NCBI GenBank assembly: GCA_964409005.1
Contig: CAYPBR010000002.1
Location: 1-53,308 of the forward strand
Length of the DNA stretch: 53,308 nucleotides
Direction of reading: 5' to 3'
DNA from: Candidatus Woesearchaeota archaeon
Lineage (GTDB): Archaea; Nanobdellota; Nanobdellia; Pacearchaeales; GW2011-AR1
The position numbers and the translations under genes were made by a program. The notes beneath the pieces were generated by a model. It made no database searches and had not been told where the DNA came from. It saw only the letters and a program-made list of their open reading frames with translations. Shown in pieces: positions 1-8,169 of the stretch (position 1 is the stretch's first letter; every line of letters begins with the position of its first letter).

Positions 1-2
1 AA

Positions 3-1088
3 ATAGAAGCGTTGATTGTGAATGATAGAGTAGGAATTGGGACGAGTAGTCCTGGAAGACAATTGCATATTAATGGAACAGATTCTGGAGCAGTTTCAAC
101 AAGATATACTAACTTAGATGATACAACAACTGGTTTTGATGTTGGAATTTCTTCTTCAGGACAAGGTGCTGTTTGGCATAATGATGCAAATGATGTGATA
201 ATCGGAACAAGTAATGATGAAGTGGCAAGGTTCCATGCTTCAGGAGGATTTTCTTTCGGTGATGGTTATGTAGCAACAGACCCTGGCGTAGATAATATGA
301 TAATAGAAGGAAACGTAGGAATTGGGGTTGTTAATCCTGATAATAAATTACATATTAATTATTCTGATAATTCAGCTGAGGGACTAAGAATAACACAGTC
401 AGGAGGAGTTGCAACTTTTGGTGGAATTCTTCTTGATAGTACTACTGCAGGTATTTCTGATTGGAGGCTTCAAACAGATAGTTCTGGGTTCGGCTTTTGG
501 GATGCTTCAAATACAAGATATAATTTCTTCCTAGAGGATGATTTAGACCCAGCTGCGAGGGTTCTTGGAAAATTAAGAGTAGATACTTTAGATTCAGCAG
601 CTGCTACAGATGTATGTAGGGATGCTGGGAATGATTTATCTACTTGCAGTTCTTCTGGAAGATATAAAAACATAATTTCTGATATCTCTTTGAATACTAC
701 CGCACTGATGAGATTAACACCAAAAATATTCTCTTGGAAAGAAGAAAATTCATATAATATGACTATAATAAATAATTTAACAGAAGAACAAAGATATGGG
801 ATGACTGATGATTTCCTTCCAGGAAAAGAACATTTAGGATTAATAGCAGAAGATGTATTTGAGGTAAGTCCAAATTTAGTATTCAAAAATTTAAATGGAG
901 AAATTGAAGGAATAAATTATGATGGACTAACTTCTATTTTATTAGTCTGGAATCAGAGACAACAAACACAAATACAAAATTTAAATGGAAATGTAACAAT
1001 GTTAAAGATTCAGGGGAAGGCTTTGAAAGATTGTATAATTAATGGAATTTCTCTTTTAGATGTTCAATCCTGTGTTGGGTCAATATAA
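3..1088 (+). CDS. tail fibre/spike protein, C-terminal part (5' end outside window) with peptidase-S74-type intramolecular chaperone domain
   Basis: Frame is open to the window edge. G/S/T/N/D-rich fibre-like sequence is followed by SSSGRYKNIISDI...HLGLIAEDV...INYDGLTSILL...QIQNL, the pattern of self-cleaving chaperone domains of tail fibres/endosialidases. Confidence 0.7.
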   Translation: MEALIVNDRVGIGTSSPGRQLHINGTDSGAVSTRYTNLDDTTTGFDVGISSSGQGAVWHNDANDVIIGTSNDEVARFHASGGFSFGDGYVATDPGVDNMIIEGNVGIGVVNPDNKLHINYSDNSAEGLRITQSGGVATFGGILLDSTTAGISDWRLQTDSSGFGFWDASNTRYNFFLEDDLDPAARVLGKLRVDTLDSAAATDVCRDAGNDLSTCSSSGRYKNIISDISLNTTALMRLTPKIFSWKEENSYNMTIINNLTEEQRYGMTDDFLPGKEHLGLIAEDVFEVSPNLVFKNLNGEIEGINYDGLTSILLVWNQRQQTQIQNLNGNVTMLKIQGKALKDCIINGISLLDVQSCVGSI

Positions 1089-1093
1089 TTAAA

Positions 1094-1501
1094 ATGAATA
1101 AGTGTATTCTTTTATTTCTTTTATTATTTGTTCCATTCATTTCGGCAATTGACCAACCAATCCCTTTAATCTGTGGAGGGGATTCTGAGCTTCTTATAAC
1201 TTGTCTTGGGGATGATGAAATAACTTTTTTAGGATTTGATGTTCCTAGTGAAGGTATTGGAGGTGCTGGGGGTGGTCCATATATAACACCTACAGAAATA
1301 GAATATGAAGAAGAAGAAATAATAAAACCGAAAGTCTCTTCTCTTTTTAGTATTGCATCTTTCTTTGGGATACAAAAGAAAGAGATAATGCTTTTTATTT
1401 CAATGATAATTATATTATTTATATTAATATTACTGATAGTTCTTAAGGATAGGAAGAAAAAGAAAGAGAAAAAGAAGAAAGAAAGCAAAGAGAAATTTTA
1501 G
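1094..1501 (+). CDS. secreted, membrane-anchored protein
   Basis: N-terminal signal-like hydrophobic segment, GIGGAGGG and EEEE tracts, C-terminal TM helix, then a K/E-rich tail. Confidence 0.55.
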   Translation: MNKCILLFLLLFVPFISAIDQPIPLICGGDSELLITCLGDDEITFLGFDVPSEGIGGAGGGPYITPTEIEYEEEEIIKPKVSSLFSIASFFGIQKKEIMLFISMIIILFILILLIVLKDRKKKKEKKKKESKEKF

Positions 1502-1522
1502 CTGGAACAAGAAGAAAAGATG

Positions 1523-1550
1523 AATAGAAAAGTTTATAAAGGTTAAAACC
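1523..1550 (+). promoter_or_regulatory. archaeal-type BRE/TATA promoter (conserved copy 1 of 4)
   Basis: AATAGAAAAGTTTATAAAGGTTAAAACC. The TTTATAAA box starts 29 nt before ATG 1562 (leaderless geometry). Confidence 0.55.
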
Positions 1551-1561
1551 CTAACCATTTC

Positions 1562-1885
1562 ATGAGGATATTCAATCGAAAGAAGGTTAATGAAACAGTT
1601 TTAAAAAAGATGAAAGATTTACGAAGTCAGAACCTTTCTTACGATAAGATTTCTAAGGAAGTCAATTTACATATTTCTACAGTTATGTATCACCTAAATG
1701 AAAATTATCGGGAAAAGTTAAAAGAGATAAACCGGAAAAAAGGAAGAGGAAGAAAAAAAACTCCAGAAGAAAAAGCATACAATAAAGAATATCAAAAAGA
1801 AAGATATACTAATGACCCACAGTTTAGAGAAAGACAAAAGAAACGAAGTCGGGATTATCAAAGAAAAAGGAGAGAAAATGGGTAA
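1562..1885 (+). CDS. HTH DNA-binding protein with basic Y/K/R-rich tail
   Basis: LSYDKISKEVNLHISTVMYHL helix-turn-helix. Tail is YNKEYQKERYTNDPQFRERQKK. Paralogue of 45175..45627. Confidence 0.6.
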   Translation: MRIFNRKKVNETVLKKMKDLRSQNLSYDKISKEVNLHISTVMYHLNENYREKLKEINRKKGRGRKKTPEEKAYNKEYQKERYTNDPQFRERQKKRSRDYQRKRRENG

Positions 1886-2018
1886 ATTTCTAGATTTAAT
1901 GCTTTCGGAGAATTGGGAAACTTACAAAAGGATACAACTTTATAAAAAGTTAGGGGATAAACTAGAGAGCCTCCCACCAAATAAATTAAATAAGATTAAA
2001 AAGATTTTGGAGGAATAA
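1878..2018 (+). CDS. hypothetical protein
   Basis: Track ORF 1812..2018 trimmed to ATG 1878, which overlaps the upstream stop. Confidence 0.4.
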   Translation: MGKFLDLMLSENWETYKRIQLYKKLGDKLESLPPNKLNKIKKILEE

Positions 2019-2258
2019 ATGGAAATACCAAAAATGTCCTTTGCTATTGGTGCTCTTGGAATTGTATGGGGAATTATATCCTTTTTTCAATGGGGAGTAA
2101 GATATGAAGATATAAGCCAATTGATATTTGGTCTAGCAGTTGCGTTTGGAATTGTTTATGTAGCTTATGATTACTGGTGGAAGAAGTTTAAAGATAAGGG
2201 GATGAGAAATCTTTCATATAGGATAGATTCAATAAAATACCCTGGTGCAAGTAATTAA
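2019..2258 (+). CDS. small membrane protein (2 TM)
   Basis: Two hydrophobic helices (AIGALGIVWGIISFF, LIFGLAVAFGIVYVAY). Start abuts the upstream stop. Confidence 0.5.
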   Translation: MEIPKMSFAIGALGIVWGIISFFQWGVRYEDISQLIFGLAVAFGIVYVAYDYWWKKFKDKGMRNLSYRIDSIKYPGASN

Positions 2259-2274
2259 GAAGGGGTAATCTTAA

Positions 2275-2469
2275 ATGAGTCACGATATTGTATTAAACAC
2301 TTTAAGAAAAATGAAAAGGGCAACTGTAAAAGAAATTGCTAAAGAGACTAATTTATCTACACAGTCAGTAAGTGCGAAATTAAATAGATTAGATAAATAT
2401 AACCTTGCAATAAAGAAAAACATAGCACAAAAAAATAGGAATGGGAGATATGTTTATATTGCAAAGTAA
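2275..2469 (+). CDS. small winged-helix DNA-binding protein
   Basis: TVKEIAKETNLSTQSVSAKLNRL wHTH-like motif; 64 aa. Confidence 0.5.
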   Translation: MSHDIVLNTLRKMKRATVKEIAKETNLSTQSVSAKLNRLDKYNLAIKKNIAQKNRNGRYVYIAK

Positions 2470-2496
2470 TATTGAAAAAACTAAGGGGACACAAAA

Positions 2497-3294
2497 ATGA
2501 ATTGTAGTAACACAAAATTAAAAAGTCTTTATTGGAATGATGATTTATCAATATCTCAGGTGGCTACTTTGATTGGTGTTGATAGGTCTAGGATATATAA
2601 GCAAATGAAAGATTTTGATATTCCAAGAAGAACACTTTCTGAATCAAAAAAGAGAAAAAACCCAAAATTAAGCTTAAAATTAAAGAAGTTGTATAAAGAA
2701 GGGAAAATGAAAAGTTTTAATAAAGGGAAAACACTACCAGAAAAAACGAAAAGAAAAATGGGTGAATCTAGAAAGAGACTTATACAGGAGGGTAAAATTC
2801 CAAGGATAAATCCTGGTTCATTCAAAAAAGGTCATCTTTCTTGGAGTAAAGGAAAAACTAAAGAAAATTCTGAATGGGGGAGAAGGCAATCTAATAGGAT
2901 GCTAACTAATAATCCTATGAGTAATCCAGAGGTAGTAAAAAAACAGTTAAGAGCACTAAACCTAAAACCAAATAGGCCTGAAAGAGAAATGATTAATTTA
3001 TTTAAAATAAATAATCTTCCATTTCATTATGTTGGTAATGGCCAATTAATTATTGGGGGCAAATGTCCTGATTTTGTTTGTAATCCTTCAAAAAAAGTTA
3101 TACTTTTACACGGAAATTATTGGCATTATTTAAAACAAAAAAAGATAAACCCTTCTTTAACTAGAAAACAAGTTGAAGAGAGAGATAGAAATCATTATAG
3201 AAAGAATTTCTTTGATTGTTTGATTATTTGGGATTACGAACTTAAAGGTAATTTTCAAGTTGTAAATAAAATAAAAAGGTTCATGGAGAATTAA
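2497..3294 (+). CDS. homing-endonuclease-like protein (HTH + NUMOD3-like repeats + Vsr/DUF559-like nuclease domain)
   Basis: LSISQVATLIGVDRSRIYKQM HTH; GKTLPEKTKRKM and GHLSWSKGKTKE repeats. C-terminus CPDF...HGNYWH...LIIWDYEL resembles Vsr-type PD-(D/E)xK domains. Confidence 0.6.
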   Translation: MNCSNTKLKSLYWNDDLSISQVATLIGVDRSRIYKQMKDFDIPRRTLSESKKRKNPKLSLKLKKLYKEGKMKSFNKGKTLPEKTKRKMGESRKRLIQEGKIPRINPGSFKKGHLSWSKGKTKENSEWGRRQSNRMLTNNPMSNPEVVKKQLRALNLKPNRPEREMINLFKINNLPFHYVGNGQLIIGGKCPDFVCNPSKKVILLHGNYWHYLKQKKINPSLTRKQVEERDRNHYRKNFFDCLIIWDYELKGNFQVVNKIKRFMEN

Positions 3295-3295
3295 T

Positions 3296-3649
3296 ATGCT
3301 CCAAATCTTACCTAGTTGGTACACTAAAGCAGGAACAAAGCTCCAAAATTGTATAGATGATATAGTTCGTGAGCACTGCCTTGATTGGGGATTTGTGCAT
3401 GATAGTAAAGCTATTGAAGAGGGACAACTTCAGATAATGAATTCATTGCTTATAATTGCTGAGCAAGTTCAAAATCCAATGTTTCCTCCTAGAGAAAAAC
3501 AAGTAGCTTTTCAAGAAAAATGGAAGAAAGAACAGAAGGAAGAAAAAGCAAAGAAGAAACCAAGGAAGATAGCTTTTGTTGGTAAGAGTCCTGGAAAGAG
3601 GAAACCAGTTAAAAGAGCTAAATCTCATAGTAAAAGGATTACGAGATAA
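3296..3649 (+). CDS. hypothetical protein with K-rich C-terminal tail
   Basis: ORF track; tightly packed in the plus-strand operon. Confidence 0.45.
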   Translation: MLQILPSWYTKAGTKLQNCIDDIVREHCLDWGFVHDSKAIEEGQLQIMNSLLIIAEQVQNPMFPPREKQVAFQEKWKKEQKEEKAKKKPRKIAFVGKSPGKRKPVKRAKSHSKRITR

Positions 3650-3650
3650 A

Positions 3651-3776
3651 ATGACTTTAGAAGAGGATTATGAAAACCAAGAAGTTCTGAAAATATTAAA
3701 ACAATTTTCAGAAGATGAAGGTGTAGATTTTAATTATTGTAAATTATATGAATTGTTAGGAAGTTCTTTATTATAA
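3651..3776 (+). CDS. hypothetical small acidic protein
   Basis: Track ORF 3576..3776 trimmed to ATG 3651, directly after the upstream stop. Confidence 0.35.
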   Translation: MTLEEDYENQEVLKILKQFSEDEGVDFNYCKLYELLGSSLL

Positions 3777-3777
3777 G

Positions 3778-3966
3778 ATGACAGAAATACAAAATACCCA
3801 TGATTATATGACTGGAACGTATACTTTAACTTTAATAGAAGGAAAATTAGAAGAGAAAATAGAAATAAAAAAGAAACAATATTTACAAGTAGAAGATTTT
3901 TTAAAAAGTAGAGAGAAATACTTAAAAAGAAAAAAGGAGGTAAAAAATGAGAGTAAAAGGACTTAA
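3778..3966 (+). CDS. hypothetical protein
   Basis: ORF track; starts 1 nt after the upstream stop. Confidence 0.4.
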   Translation: MTEIQNTHDYMTGTYTLTLIEGKLEEKIEIKKKQYLQVEDFLKSREKYLKRKKEVKNESKRT

Positions 3967-4108
3967 TAAATTATATGATGTAGAAATCAAAAAAATGATT
4001 TTTGATGGAAAAAAAGGAGTAACAATCACGGCTGGGAATATGATGACGGGAATGACTTCTGTTGTAATTAGTGAAGAAGATTGGGAAAAGATAAAGAAGA
4101 AGGTTTAA
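3947..4108 (+). CDS. hypothetical small protein (53 aa)
   Basis: Hand-translated MRVKGLNKLYDVEIKK...; strong AAGGAGG 7 nt upstream of the ATG. Below the track length cutoff. Confidence 0.45.
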   Translation: MRVKGLNKLYDVEIKKMIFDGKKGVTITAGNMMTGMTSVVISEEDWEKIKKKV

Positions 4109-4109
4109 A

Positions 4110-4214
4110 ATGAGGAAAATACTAGATTTTTTATTCGGAAAATGGAGACATTCTCCTTGTGATAAATGTGGGAATCCTTATCACTGCACTGGGCAACATA
4201 GATGGTATCATTAA
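4110..4214 (+). CDS. hypothetical Cys/His-rich mini-protein (34 aa)
   Basis: MRKILDFLFGKWRHSPCDKCGNPYHCTGQHRWYH; fills the gap between neighbouring genes. Confidence 0.3.
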   Translation: MRKILDFLFGKWRHSPCDKCGNPYHCTGQHRWYH

Positions 4215-4217
4215 AAA

Positions 4218-4478
4218 GTGGGAAATAAGAATTATCAAAAAGGAGCTAAGAAAGAACAAAGAATCGCAAATAAACTAAAGAAAGAAGGATGGGATGTTGC
4301 TCAAAGAACTGCAGGTTCACATGGTCCTTTCGATGTTATAGCAATAAATAAAAAAACAAAAACAATTAAACTTATTCAATCTAAGCCAAAAAAGTTTTCA
4401 CAACTTAATATAGATAGATTAATGGAAAAGCACGGATGGATGAATGGGGAATTTAAGGTTGAATTTGAAATAAAATAA
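4218..4478 (+). CDS. hjc: Holliday-junction resolvase, archaeal Hjc-like PD-(D/E)xK nuclease
   Basis: KGAKKEQRIANKLKKEGWDV..RTAGSHGPFDVIA...IKLIQSK matches the Hjc pattern KG..E....L...G..v.R..GS...D.iA.....E.K, but with QSK in place of ExK. GTG start. Confidence 0.6.
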   Translation: MGNKNYQKGAKKEQRIANKLKKEGWDVAQRTAGSHGPFDVIAINKKTKTIKLIQSKPKKFSQLNIDRLMEKHGWMNGEFKVEFEIK

Positions 4479-4505
4479 ATAGAAACATTTATAAAGGTTA
4501 AGAAC
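4477..4505 (+). promoter_or_regulatory. archaeal-type BRE/TATA promoter (conserved copy 2 of 4)
   Basis: AAATAGAAACATTTATAAAGGTTAAGAAC. Confidence 0.5.
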
Positions 4506-4581
4506 TTAATAATAAAATTAAAATAGAAGAATTGATACAAGACGATTGGCAATTAGTTTAAATAAATTGGAGGGAATATAA

Positions 4582-4761
4582 ATGGAAAGGAAGAGGGAAG
4601 ATGATATTGGAGCAAAAAAAATGTCTGAACGGCTTTCGTGGGGTGTTGAAATGGTGAAAGAAGTGGCATCAAATAATAATGTTGAATTTAATGAAGCACT
4701 CTTTTTGAAGGGATGCGAAGCAGGAATTTCAATGTTTATTCAATCAGAGAGAAGAAAGTAA
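4582..4761 (+). CDS. hypothetical protein (59 aa)
   Basis: Hand-translated MERKREDDIGAKKMSERLSWGVEMVKEV...; GGAGGG 8 nt upstream. Just below the track cutoff. Confidence 0.45.
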   Translation: MERKREDDIGAKKMSERLSWGVEMVKEVASNNNVEFNEALFLKGCEAGISMFIQSERRK

Positions 4762-4873
4762 AAAGAGGAACATTTAAATAGTTGAGGCTATTGATTTTAA
4801 GGTAAGGTTATATCTATGCTCTTACCCTGTGAGATGTGATATAACTTTACCAACTTGGTGGGCTGGGGGAAAA

Positions 4874-5494
4874 ATGGAAGTTACAATAGATAAGAAGAAT
4901 AATTTAATAATAAAGCATAAAATTTTGCCTAAAGAAATGTATAAAATTTCAAAAGGAAAAAATTTCAAAACTATTTCTATTTATAAAATCCCCCAAATTT
5001 GTATGGGTTATAGTTCTAAAACAGAAGATAATAAACATATAATTCTTGCAGACTATGACCATGTGGATAAGTGCCTTGTAATTGATGAAATAAAGGATTT
5101 ACAAGAGGATTTTGACCTTCCCCCAGCATATTTATTAACTACTAAAGAAAAGGAGGAGAATGGCTCTATTGTAGGAAATTATCATGCTGTATTTCTTTCT
5201 AAGCATACCTCTAGAGAAGTTTTCAGAATGTTGGGTAATTTATCTATAGATAATAATTTTAGGGATAGTCCATTAAGGAAAGCTTCAAAATCTTGGGTTT
5301 TAAGACTTTCAAATAAAAAAGGTTCCGGAAAAGTTAAGTTTTTAGAAGTTATTGGAAATAAAAATTTAGATAAACAAATTAGCACCGCGCATAAGAAATT
5401 ACTAAGCAAATTTTTCCCTGAAATTAAACATCCAAAATATAATGAAGACCTCTTAGGTCAAATTAGGATTCAATGCTATGAAACTAAAGGATAA
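4874..5494 (+). CDS. hypothetical protein, possibly replication-related (weak primase-polymerase-like DxD / GxxH motifs)
   Basis: ILADYDHVD and GNYHAVFL resemble AEP motifs I/II only loosely. ATG 4874 is preceded by GGGGG (the track used GTG 4829). Confidence 0.3.
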   Translation: MEVTIDKKNNLIIKHKILPKEMYKISKGKNFKTISIYKIPQICMGYSSKTEDNKHIILADYDHVDKCLVIDEIKDLQEDFDLPPAYLLTTKEKEENGSIVGNYHAVFLSKHTSREVFRMLGNLSIDNNFRDSPLRKASKSWVLRLSNKKGSGKVKFLEVIGNKNLDKQISTAHKKLLSKFFPEIKHPKYNEDLLGQIRIQCYETKG

Positions 5495-6162
5495 TGGCAA
5501 CTAAAACTGATAAATTTTTTGAGTTAGTAGAAAGGACATTTGATGTAGATGAAATCACCCCTGAAAAAATTATGGATGAATTTTATCGTGGAACTTCTGT
5601 AAAAGTAAAATTTGGAAAAGATAAAAAAGGGAAACAACGTTTTGGAAAATCACAAAGCACAATAGAAGGGAAGTCCAAATTTCGGAACTTAGCAGAAATA
5701 TTAGCAGAAGGGAGGGAAGTTGTTCAAGATTTACAAACAACGACTGATTTTGATGATTTAAGAGTATTAAGAAGAAGGGCAAATGAATTACTAATTCATT
5801 CTAAGGAAGCTACAAAAAGGGTACAGACAAAAATGGATGTCATTTCTAAAGAATTGGTGGGGATAAGTCAAGAAAGAAAGGAAAGAAGATTAGCAGAAGA
5901 GGCTCAACAAAAACAAATTATAAGAGAAGAGAAATCTTTAGACACAATAATTTCAAGAATTCCAAATTCAAATTTAGGGGGACTTAGCCTTTTTGAAGAT
6001 AAATTAGATAATTTACAGGTAGATACCTTTGAAGCAAGGGGTCTTATTAATGAGAGAATTATTGAAATAGAAGAAGAAAAGATTTTTACACAGCAAAGAC
6101 AAGAACAAGTAAGGTTAGAGAAAGAAGCCTTAAGAGAACAAGGAGTTGAACCAGATTTTTAA
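5494..6162 (+). CDS. hypothetical coiled-coil protein
   Basis: ORF track; E/K/Q/R-rich heptad-like C-terminal half; ATG overlaps the upstream stop. Confidence 0.5.
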   Translation: MATKTDKFFELVERTFDVDEITPEKIMDEFYRGTSVKVKFGKDKKGKQRFGKSQSTIEGKSKFRNLAEILAEGREVVQDLQTTTDFDDLRVLRRRANELLIHSKEATKRVQTKMDVISKELVGISQERKERRLAEEAQQKQIIREEKSLDTIISRIPNSNLGGLSLFEDKLDNLQVDTFEARGLINERIIEIEEEKIFTQQRQEQVRLEKEALREQGVEPDF

Positions 6163-6190
6163 AATAGAAGCATTTATAAAGGTTGAAACC
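6162..6190 (+). promoter_or_regulatory. archaeal-type BRE/TATA promoter (conserved copy 3 of 4)
   Basis: AAATAGAAGCATTTATAAAGGTTGAAACC. Confidence 0.5.
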
Positions 6191-6214
6191 TTTTCTAAAA
6201 GGTAAAGAAATAAA

Positions 6215-6985
6215 ATGAAAACAAAACTGATTTTTACAATTTTAGCAACAGTTGTTTTAATGACTTCTTTAATTGCTGCATCAATGTTAATTCCGGTAAG
6301 TGACAAGGCAAAAGAGAATGCAAGGGCACCAGAGAATTCACCTGTAATAACAGAAACAGAAGGTGGCGAATGGGATTTAGAAAGAGTTGATTTTATCCAC
6401 TATGCAAAACCAGAGAGTCCTCCAGGGTTGGATAAACCAAAGGGGCAGGGTGGAGCATCTTGTTATAAACTTCTTGGTGTAAAATGGAAATCTCTTCCTG
6501 TAAGTTATGTAATTAACCCAACTAATCCTGATTTATTAGAAGGGTCAGTGGTTAGTGCAATATCAGCATCTGCGGAAACATGGGACGATGCAATAACTAG
6601 TGAATTGATTGATGACACTTTTACAGTAGACAATTCTGCTATGTATGGTGTACAAAACTTTGAGAATGTAGTTGCTTTTGGAGACTATCCACAAGAAGGA
6701 GTAATTGGAGTAACATCTGTATGGTATACAAGAAGAGGAAAGCAAATAGTTGAATTTGACATACTTTTGGATATAGATTTTAATTGGTCTTTAAGTGGAG
6801 AAGCAGGTAAAATGGATTTACAGAATATAGCTACACATGAATTTGGTCATGCATTAGGTTTGGGACATCCAGACAATACTTGTACTGAAGAGACAATGTA
6901 TGCTTATTCTGATTATGGAGAAGATAAGAAGAGAATACTTGAACCTGCAGATATAGAAGGATTGCAAAAGATGTATGGTGTCTAA
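6215..6985 (+). CDS. secreted zinc metalloprotease, matrixin (M10)/metzincin type
   Basis: Signal/anchor peptide; HEFGHALGLGH (HExxHxxGxxH) followed by a Met-turn (ETMYAY). Confidence 0.8.
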   Translation: MKTKLIFTILATVVLMTSLIAASMLIPVSDKAKENARAPENSPVITETEGGEWDLERVDFIHYAKPESPPGLDKPKGQGGASCYKLLGVKWKSLPVSYVINPTNPDLLEGSVVSAISASAETWDDAITSELIDDTFTVDNSAMYGVQNFENVVAFGDYPQEGVIGVTSVWYTRRGKQIVEFDILLDIDFNWSLSGEAGKMDLQNIATHEFGHALGLGHPDNTCTEETMYAYSDYGEDKKRILEPADIEGLQKMYGV

Positions 6986-7082
6986 ACCAATTTAGAAGAA
7001 GGTGAAAAAGCATTTGCTCCAGAGAATCATAAATGGCTTACTGTTGAAGAAAATAAAGAAATACACTACAAATTAAGAGAAA

Positions 7083-7367
7083 ATGTTCTACAAGACATAC
7101 ACTCTAGATACATCAGTAAATCCTCTTAGCCAAAGGTTTATTCTAATTTCTCGTTATGAATTAAGTAAGGCAAGAAGAATAATTCAAACAGGGGGAAAAA
7201 TATTAGAGTCTAATAGAAGCGTAAGTGTATCACATGTTTTAGGAACATCTAGGATAAAAATGCAAGATGAAGAAGATATTTCTATAGAAACTTCATGGTG
7301 TCTTAATTTAAGGTCAAGAACAAATAGTGGTTTAGAAGCTACAGCCAAAGAATTAGGATTACCTTAA
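7083..7367 (+). CDS. hypothetical protein (doubtful)
   Basis: ORF track only; no motif; no obvious RBS. Confidence 0.25.
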   Translation: MFYKTYTLDTSVNPLSQRFILISRYELSKARRIIQTGGKILESNRSVSVSHVLGTSRIKMQDEEDISIETSWCLNLRSRTNSGLEATAKELGLP

Positions 7368-7372
7368 TTTTA

Positions 7373-7401
7373 AAATAGAAATATTTATAAAGGTTAAATA
7401 C
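7373..7401 (+). promoter_or_regulatory. archaeal-type BRE/TATA promoter (conserved copy 4 of 4)
   Basis: AAATAGAAATATTTATAAAGGTTAAATAC. Confidence 0.5.
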
Positions 7402-7467
7402 TTAACTAAAATATAAAATGGTTAATATTTTCCCTATTTATAATATAATCATGAAAGGAGGGAAAAA

Positions 7468-8157
7468 ATGACAGAAGAACATAAAGAAAAAGGAACAATA
7501 ACAATAAAAAAAGATATGTTATGGAAAGTTGGAACTTTTGTATTCGCAGCGTTGTTTGTTATTTTGTTAATAGTTTCTCTAAAACCAACAGAAAAAGTCA
7601 TAGATGACTCTGAACAAAAACTTAGTGGTGTGCCTTTGTATAAACAATATGCACAAGAATTTAATCTTGATAGTTCACAATTCAATAATTGTCTAGATTC
7701 TGGGAAGTATGCAGAGAATGTAAAAGTAGATTTACAATATGGTGCAAGTCTTGGAGTTAGAGGAACGCCCGGGTTTTTTATCAATGGTATTGCAGTAAGT
7801 GGAGCTCAGCCATTTTCTGTATTCCAGCAAATAATAGAAGAAGAATTAAATAACCCAGGCAATGGAATTGAAGTAGAAATTGGAGATTCCCCTGTAAAAG
7901 GAGATGCTAATGCTCCAATTACAATAGTTGAGTTTTCTGATTTTCAGTGTCCATTTTGTGCAAGATTCTATACTCAAACATTGGGACAGATTGAGAGAGA
8001 ATATATAGATACGGGAAAGGTCAAATTAGTCTACAAAGATTTTCCATTGAATAGTATACACCCAAATGCACAAAAAGCTGCAGAAGCTGCACGTTGCGCT
8101 GGAGAACAGAATAAATTTTGGGAATATCATGATAAGTTATTTGAATTTGGAGTTTAA
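7468..8157 (+). CDS. membrane-anchored DsbA-like thiol:disulfide oxidoreductase with circularly permuted domain order
   Basis: TM anchor. A DsbA C-terminal half (LDSSQFNNCLDS...GVRGTPGFFINGIAVSG) comes first. It is followed by a DsbA N-terminal half (APITIVEFSDFQCPFCARFY...KFWEYHDKLF), and the ORF then stops. Confidence 0.7.
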   Translation: MTEEHKEKGTITIKKDMLWKVGTFVFAALFVILLIVSLKPTEKVIDDSEQKLSGVPLYKQYAQEFNLDSSQFNNCLDSGKYAENVKVDLQYGASLGVRGTPGFFINGIAVSGAQPFSVFQQIIEEELNNPGNGIEVEIGDSPVKGDANAPITIVEFSDFQCPFCARFYTQTLGQIEREYIDTGKVKLVYKDFPLNSIHPNAQKAAEAARCAGEQNKFWEYHDKLFEFGV

Positions 8158-8169
8158 ATTATTCTGAAA

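Noticed and set aside
7418-7471. 17-codon upstream ORF (MVNIFPIYNIIMKGGKK) ending in the DsbA-like start codon
   Set aside because: It may simply be 5' leader containing the Shine-Dalgarno-like AAAGGAGGG. There is no evidence that it is translated.
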